From: a virus
Virus record (IMG/VR): IMGVR_UViG_3300036851_000176
Span: 82,626 to 146,625 of that record
Direction: 5' to 3' (one strand)
DNA: 64,000 nt
The translations under genes and the position numbers were made by a program. Shown one piece after another: positions 58,690-64,000 of this stretch. Each line of letters begins with the position of its first letter. Within the stretch, counting starts at the first letter, position 1. Under the pieces are notes generated by a model. That model did not search any database and had not been told where the DNA came from. It saw nothing but the letters and a program-made list of their open reading frames with translations.

Positions 58690-59284
58690 CAGGCTCTCGC
58701 GCGACTGGCTCTCGTCGGGTTCGATTCCCGAACGCGCGAAATTTCCGGCCTACCAACGGCCTAATGAGCGTTGGCGCGTGGGCAACAGTACACCAGGACA
58801 CGCGGCGCATCGGAGTTGCATCGATCCGTTGCCACGGTAGGCCAACAAGTCTGCGCTACGGAGGGCACTCTACTCACTCCGGGTACCACGCGCGTCATGC
58901 CTCGTAAGCCTCTGACGGCGGCTCGCCCCGCGATACTAGATCCCCCTCGCCATGCGCGCAGCGCGGCGGCTGTTCTCGGTCTCTATGGGTCGCTCCCATG
59001 GGCATCGGGACGCCGCGTCACTCTCTTCGAGGGCCGTAGACGTGCGATCGCATGCCCCTGCGCGTCCCTCGTAGCTTTCAAGGAAGCCCTGTCCCGGAAC
59101 GATCTTGCCCGGGATCTGAGCGCGCCCGTCCGCGCGCTCCTGGGACAGGGCGGTCGCTTTGCGGAGGCTGAGACCGTGGATACGCCAGTGGCGGACCGTA
59201 CACGGCCCACACAGATCCTCCGCAAACTTTCACTCGATCAAGGGATTGCGCGCGAGAGCGCCGCAGCCGATCGATAAGTCACGG

Positions 59285-59730
59285 CGATAGGAGTGGGGCA
59301 AGCGCCCGGAACACTCACAGCGGACGCGGCTGGATCGCCGTACAACCTTCCCCGAGGCTGATGGGAGCGCTTGCGGACGCTGAGCACCTAGGACAGCGGC
59401 CGGTTACTAGTGAAACCGTGCCCCGGACCTGCGGGTACCGGGGATCGCAAGCGACTCCCATGAGCTTCGGGCTCAGCCGAGACAAGAGGCATCCGAGGAT
59501 CGTGCGCGCGACGTTGGCGCGTTGCGAATCACCGTATCGCTTGGAGACTGACCAGCCATCGCTGGGTCCTCCGGGAGCATCCACGGCAGGTTACGACTGC
59601 CCACGATTTCCCGCCAGGATGCCTCTTGCCTCGGCGCAGGTCACAGGGTGGCATGTGGCAATCCTCGGCCACCGCGCTATCGACGCGCGGACTGAGCGCG
59701 AGTTAGGTCTCGTTCACCGCCTGCGTCGAG
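59285..59730 (+). ncRNA. Candidate structured ncRNA (about 450 nt)
   Basis: Helices 59351-59375/59446-59471 and 59476-59494/59617-59635; lies between two repeated promoter boxes. Confidence 0.55.
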
Positions 59731-60193
59731 AATCACTCAAACGGGTGATTGAAAAGCCCACGGAATTGCCGATAATGAGAGTACAGAGTTGATCCAGACC
59801 ACAACCGAAGCGGCTCTCGCCAGAGAAGCAAGGCCAACCGTGAGGGGAAGATCAGCCAGAAAATCGAAAGCACCCAGGGCAGCGGCACCAACGCCGAGGA
59901 TGAGAGAGGCCACTAGGTGACCCCTTGAAGCGCTCGATCTAGTTACCCCCGTTGAGACCCCTCGAAAGGGGGATGGTGCTGGTCGCCAGGAATCCGATAC
60001 TGAGGGCATGCAGAAGAGAACGAAACCCGGCAAGTTCTACGTGATGGGCCGCAGGCTCCCGCTCACGGTCGCAGGCGAAGGCCGAGGACAAGGCGAAGCG
60101 GTCTCAGAAGCGACAGGGCGAGCGAGCATGGAAGCGTGACCTTGGCTAGACGGTCGCGCAAGCATCGCGTCGTGCGCGTGACAGGCGGAAGGG

Positions 60194-60661
60194 TTGCCTT
60201 CACGAAACACAAGCCGCATCCCTGACAATACCGTGGTGGCCGCTCTGCGGCTCCTAGCGCGCCATACGGACCTGGATAGGGTGATCGTCCACGTCAAGCG
60301 CGACGGCAACAGGCGGACGCTAGGACGGGCGTACAACGGCATCCCTAGCATCGCGAGTACCGAGGGTCTACAGCGCTGGCGCTGGCAGTACCTCATCGTG
60401 GTGACGGATGCCTCGTTCATTCGGACGCTGGCGCACGAAGCGCGGCACGTACAGCGCTACCGCGACGGCACGGACGAGAGGCAGCGCCGCGAGACCGGAC
60501 GCCGGACAGGGATGGAGGCAGACTGCGATTCGTTCGGCGCATGGTTCGATCGGATCTGGCAGGAGCACAAGACTACCCTTTCGGGGGATGCAGTCGTCCG
60601 ATCCATAGCCGATAATGAGTGTATGGAATCATCCACAAACACAGGAGGCACCACCGTATGA
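60194..60661 (+). CDS. Putative HExxH metallopeptidase-like protein
   Basis: TLAHEARHVQ...EADCD; start uncertain. Confidence 0.5.
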   Translation: MPSRNTSRIPDNTVVAALRLLARHTDLDRVIVHVKRDGNRRTLGRAYNGIPSIASTEGLQRWRWQYLIVVTDASFIRTLAHEARHVQRYRDGTDERQRRETGRRTGMEADCDSFGAWFDRIWQEHKTTLSGDAVVRSIADNECMESSTNTGGTTV

Positions 60662-62694
60662 AGCCACAGACCCGCGTGAGGGACTACGCGAGCAACGTAC
60701 AGGGCGAGGACGTGAAAATGTCCATCGACGAGTCCGCGCTGTCCCACATCATGAGCGTCCTGACGGACCTCTACTCCGACACGGAAATGGCCGTGATCCG
60801 CGAGTATGCGACCAACGCGCTGGATGCCCACGTCGAGGCAGGCGTGAGCCGACCGATCGAAATTAGTCTCCCCACGGCACTCTCTCCGTTCTTCAAGATC
60901 CGCGACTTCGGCACAGGTCTCAACGCCGAGGACATTCGCGAGATTTACTCGCGCTACGGCACGAGCACGAAGCGCGCGAGCAACGATGTTATCGGCATGC
61001 TTGGTCTCGGCTGCAAGTCTGCCCTGACCTACTCGGACCAGTTCACGGTCACGTCCACGAAGGCAGGCCGGACGATTCAGGTCTTGGTCTCGCGCGACGA
61101 GGATGGAGCAGGCAGCATGACCATCGTGTCCGACACAGCCGACGATCGGGAGCAGGGCACCGAAATCATCGTGCCGGTCAAGCGGCACAACGGATTCGAG
61201 ACCAAGAGCGCATCGTTCTTCCGGTTCTGGAAGGACGGCACGGTTCTCGTCAACGGCGAGGCTCCGTCGCGCATCGATGGTCTCTGGCTCAATGACGACA
61301 AGACCCTGCTCCTGACGCGCGACTCGGACAAGAATGTCGTCGTCATGGGCAACGTGGCCTACCCGTTCCTGGACGACGTGGAAGTGCCGACCTACGGCGG
61401 CTCCTACTCGAACCGCTATCACATCGTTGCCTTTGTCGGCATCGGTGAGGTTGCCTTCACGCCGAGCCGCGAGGCTTTGCAGGCGACGAAGCAGACCCGC
61501 GAGGCTCTGCGGACGATCATCGACGGCGTTGCCAAGGCGAGGGACGCGGCCGTGGTGAAGCAGGTTGCAGCGGCGAAGGATGCCGCCGAGGCCGTGAATC
61601 TATTGCAGATGGGCCGCGACCTTGGCTTCAAGGGCGATGCTCACTTCAAGGGCAAGGTCGTCCCGCTTCGCTTCGACCGGACGCCCAAGGTCAAGGGACC
61701 GGACGGCCAGATGGTCATTGACCGCCATGGCATGAACGATCCGAAAGAGAGCAAGCGCAGCTTCCTGTACTCAGGTGGGCGTTATGCCAAGGTCAACGGC
61801 GATCGTTCCTGGTCCATCGATTTCACCGACTCGAAGATGTGGTTTGAGGGCTTCACGGCGAAGCAACTCTCGCCGGTCAAGCGCGAGAAGATCGCGCTCT
61901 GGCTCCACTCGAAGGGTCTCGACCACGGCTCAATGGTGTTCGTGGACACGCTCTCAACCGATGAGCGCTTCTGGCTCAACGGTTCGATCCACCAGTGGGA
62001 CGATGTTGAGGCGATGGAGATTCCGAAGGATCATCGCCCCGAGGTCCCTGGACTCGGCCGACCGCGCGGAAGTTACACGGCGATCGTGGACGGCACACAG
62101 ATGGAGGTCCAGGCTGCGGACATTGACACGTCCAAGCCGGTCATTTGGATGCACGGCAATCAGTATCACCTGAGCGGCAACAAGGCGCTACAGACCGGCG
62201 TAGTCAATCGCAACGTGGGCACGATCGTCGCCCTGAGCGAGAACCGTATCCCCAAGTTCCAGCGTGACTTCCCCATGGCCGTCGAAGTTGACGCGCAGGC
62301 CAAGGCAAACGCTCAAGCGTGGGAAGCGGCGCAGTCCGAAGAGGACAAGGAAGCGTTTGCGTTCCAGCATGCACACCGCGACTCGGCAGCGAAGTTGAAG
62401 GGTCTCGATCCCCTCAGGGTCAAGGACCCCGCTGTCAAACGTGGCATCGAGTTGTCTCAGCGCAACGTGACTGCCTACAGCACGGCGCGCAACAAATTCG
62501 GAGTGTACCTTGACGGCTGGTACAACGATGTCAAGTCCAAGACCCCCGACCCGCTGGTGGCCTACCCCCTGATCCTTTTCAGCGGCTACGGCTACTCCCC
62601 CTCGAAACACGATGAACACAGCTACCTATACCTTAACACCGTCTACGCGGCGGCTCAGGCCGTCGCGCAGGCCCGAAAGGACGTGGCAGCGTGA
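60658..62694 (+). CDS. rIIA: rIIA-like protein (N-terminal GHKL ATPase)
   Basis: LYSD...IREYATNALDAH, IRDFGTGL, YGTSTK, GMLGLGCKS; adjacent to rIIB; RBS AGGAGG. Confidence 0.88.
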   Translation: MKPQTRVRDYASNVQGEDVKMSIDESALSHIMSVLTDLYSDTEMAVIREYATNALDAHVEAGVSRPIEISLPTALSPFFKIRDFGTGLNAEDIREIYSRYGTSTKRASNDVIGMLGLGCKSALTYSDQFTVTSTKAGRTIQVLVSRDEDGAGSMTIVSDTADDREQGTEIIVPVKRHNGFETKSASFFRFWKDGTVLVNGEAPSRIDGLWLNDDKTLLLTRDSDKNVVVMGNVAYPFLDDVEVPTYGGSYSNRYHIVAFVGIGEVAFTPSREALQATKQTREALRTIIDGVAKARDAAVVKQVAAAKDAAEAVNLLQMGRDLGFKGDAHFKGKVVPLRFDRTPKVKGPDGQMVIDRHGMNDPKESKRSFLYSGGRYAKVNGDRSWSIDFTDSKMWFEGFTAKQLSPVKREKIALWLHSKGLDHGSMVFVDTLSTDERFWLNGSIHQWDDVEAMEIPKDHRPEVPGLGRPRGSYTAIVDGTQMEVQAADIDTSKPVIWMHGNQYHLSGNKALQTGVVNRNVGTIVALSENRIPKFQRDFPMAVEVDAQAKANAQAWEAAQSEEDKEAFAFQHAHRDSAAKLKGLDPLRVKDPAVKRGIELSQRNVTAYSTARNKFGVYLDGWYNDVKSKTPDPLVAYPLILFSGYGYSPSKHDEHSYLYLNTVYAAAQAVAQARKDVAA

Positions 62695-62816
62695 GACCGC
62701 GCTGGATGAAGAAACTCGGCTTCGGCCGATTCCTCGACACGCTCGATGCGGTCGCGGAAGCAGAATCCCCCGATAGGGTGATTGATGAATCGGCGTCCCT
62801 CACCGATAATGAGGGT

Positions 62817-63764
62817 ATGGAAACGAACTACAGCAGAGAGTCAGATCGCTTCTCGGACTTCGAGAGCGACACCGACGACGAAAGGACAAGCATGACCCCA
62901 GGCATCACCTTCACGCTCGTGGGCGATGAGGACGAGTCGAACATCGTCGTTTTCGTTCCGGGCACAAGCACGGTGAGAGTCGCCCACTCTTCGCATCCCA
63001 ACTTCGACAAGATCGTTGCGGGAGCGATCGAGGGCGACGAGAGCATTCTCGACCTGTTTGACCTGGCCGAGGCTGCTGTCAAGAAGTTCGAGCGGCTGTC
63101 CGAGCGTGTCACCATGGCGAACGGACGGCTCTACTTCGACGGCGAGGAAATCGCATCGCCTCTGACGGAGCAGATTCTCCGCTTCATGGAGAGCGACATC
63201 GAGGACTATCGCCCGCTGGTCGCGTTCTTCGAGAACGTCCAGACCAATCCCTCCGAGCACTCCCGCGAGCAGTTGTTCGCGTGGTTGCAGCGCCAGAACG
63301 AGCGCGGCGAGGGCTTCACCATCACGCCGGACGGCATGATCGTCGGCTACAAGGGCGTGCGCAAGACGGACGAAGGACTGCTCTCGATCATGAGCGGCAA
63401 GGCGATCGTGAACGGCGAAGTCCACAACGGCAACGTCCCGAACCCCCTCGGCGCGACGGTCGAAATGCCCCGCTCCGAAGTGACGTTCGATCCGGCTGTC
63501 GGCTGCTCGCGTGGTCTCCACGTCGGCACCTACGCCTACGCCAACGGCTTCGCGCAGGGCGCGCTGCTGGAGGTCCACGTCAACCCCCGCGACGTGGTGT
63601 CGGTCCCGACCGAGTGCGATGCGCAGAAGATGCGCACCTGTCGCTACACGGTCATCAAGATGATCGACGCTCCGTACACCGTCCCGGTCGTCTACGACGA
63701 CTACGAGTACGACGAGTACGACGGATGGGGCGACGGCGAGTACGACGAAGAGGATGAGTGGTAG
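62817..63764 (+). CDS. rIIB: rIIB-like protein
   Basis: NPS...LF.WL...ITPDG.IVGYKGV, VEMPRSEV, CSRGLHVG, VNPRDVVSVP, KMRTCRY; start 62691, 62817 or 62892. Confidence 0.9.
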   Translation: METNYSRESDRFSDFESDTDDERTSMTPGITFTLVGDEDESNIVVFVPGTSTVRVAHSSHPNFDKIVAGAIEGDESILDLFDLAEAAVKKFERLSERVTMANGRLYFDGEEIASPLTEQILRFMESDIEDYRPLVAFFENVQTNPSEHSREQLFAWLQRQNERGEGFTITPDGMIVGYKGVRKTDEGLLSIMSGKAIVNGEVHNGNVPNPLGATVEMPRSEVTFDPAVGCSRGLHVGTYAYANGFAQGALLEVHVNPRDVVSVPTECDAQKMRTCRYTVIKMIDAPYTVPVVYDDYEYDEYDGWGDGEYDEEDEW

Positions 63765-63769
63765 CCGCG

Positions 63770-64000
63770 ATGGCTACCACTCCCTCACTCACGGCCGTAC
63801 TCACCGCAATCCTGAACGGTGAGTTTGACGGCGATGAGCGCGCGATCTACGACGCTTTCAAGACGCGCCGAGGCGTGGCCGCTCAGATCGCGGCTGCGAG
63901 TTACAAGCCCGGAGACCGCGTGCGCTTCACTGACGCGGTTCGGCCGAAGTACCTCATCGGAGTCGAGGCAAATGTCGTCAAAGTCAACGCCAAGACGGTC
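63770..64000 (+). CDS. Hypothetical protein, truncated by the window edge
   Basis: MATTPSLTAVLTAILNGEFD...YKPGDRVRF, SH3-like. Confidence 0.6.
   Translation, partial: MATTPSLTAVLTAILNGEFDGDERAIYDAFKTRRGVAAQIAAASYKPGDRVRFTDAVRPKYLIGVEANVVKVNAKTV

Larger units (their letters stand above)
55415..62810 (+). promoter_or_regulatory. Family of about 10 phage-specific promoters: 16-bp box, N20-21, CGATA(C/A)T, N6, often ATG
   Basis: Boxes at 55415, 55882, 56206, 56953, 57826, 59231, 59734, 59959, 60574, 62767. Confidence 0.8.

Noticed and set aside
57949-60033. ORFs 58299-58907, 58771-59277, 59361-59792 and 59737-60033 as genes
   Set aside because: No RBS or promoter-linked start, Arg/Ser/Pro-rich random composition, and the region is explained by long RNA helices.

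Overview
A 64-kb segment of a large, GC-rich tailed phage genome with a siphovirus-type tail. The host is probably an actinobacterium, inferred from GC content, many leaderless genes and a short-arm tRNA-Leu(CAA). From left to right: (1) 1-15.9 kb, a minus-strand virion module with collagen-like tail fibre, minor tail, Dit, tape measure, frameshifted tail assembly chaperone, connectors, major tail, major capsid, decoration protein and a protease/scaffold fusion; (2) 16-18 kb, a short plus-strand block; (3) 18-24.2 kb, an RNA island with 28 tRNA genes, a tmRNA, a circularly permuted tRNA-like (YrlA-type) RNA and several unexplained structured RNAs; (4) 24-49 kb, minus-strand accessory genes including a MotA/ExbB-like membrane trio, LuxR HTH, glycosyltransferase, RNase H, phosphoesterase, FtsH, DUF5664, Rnl2-like ligase, methyltransferase and RtcB; (5) 49.2-64 kb, a divergent plus-strand putative early region with a repeated phage-specific promoter, repeated RNA motifs, large structured non-coding tracts, Gp88-like, UvrD-like, DUF2958 and rIIA/rIIB genes. 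Main discovery: the tRNAs fall into four promoter-headed operons that split the 20 amino acids with no overlap. Three of these operons begin with a tiny leader ORF whose codons are concentrated on the amino acids of that operon's own tRNAs, and each leader overlaps a hairpin. This looks like a ribosome-mediated attenuation system that senses shortage of specific host tRNAs and switches on the matching phage tRNAs. All calls were made by eye; no database searches or folding software were run.
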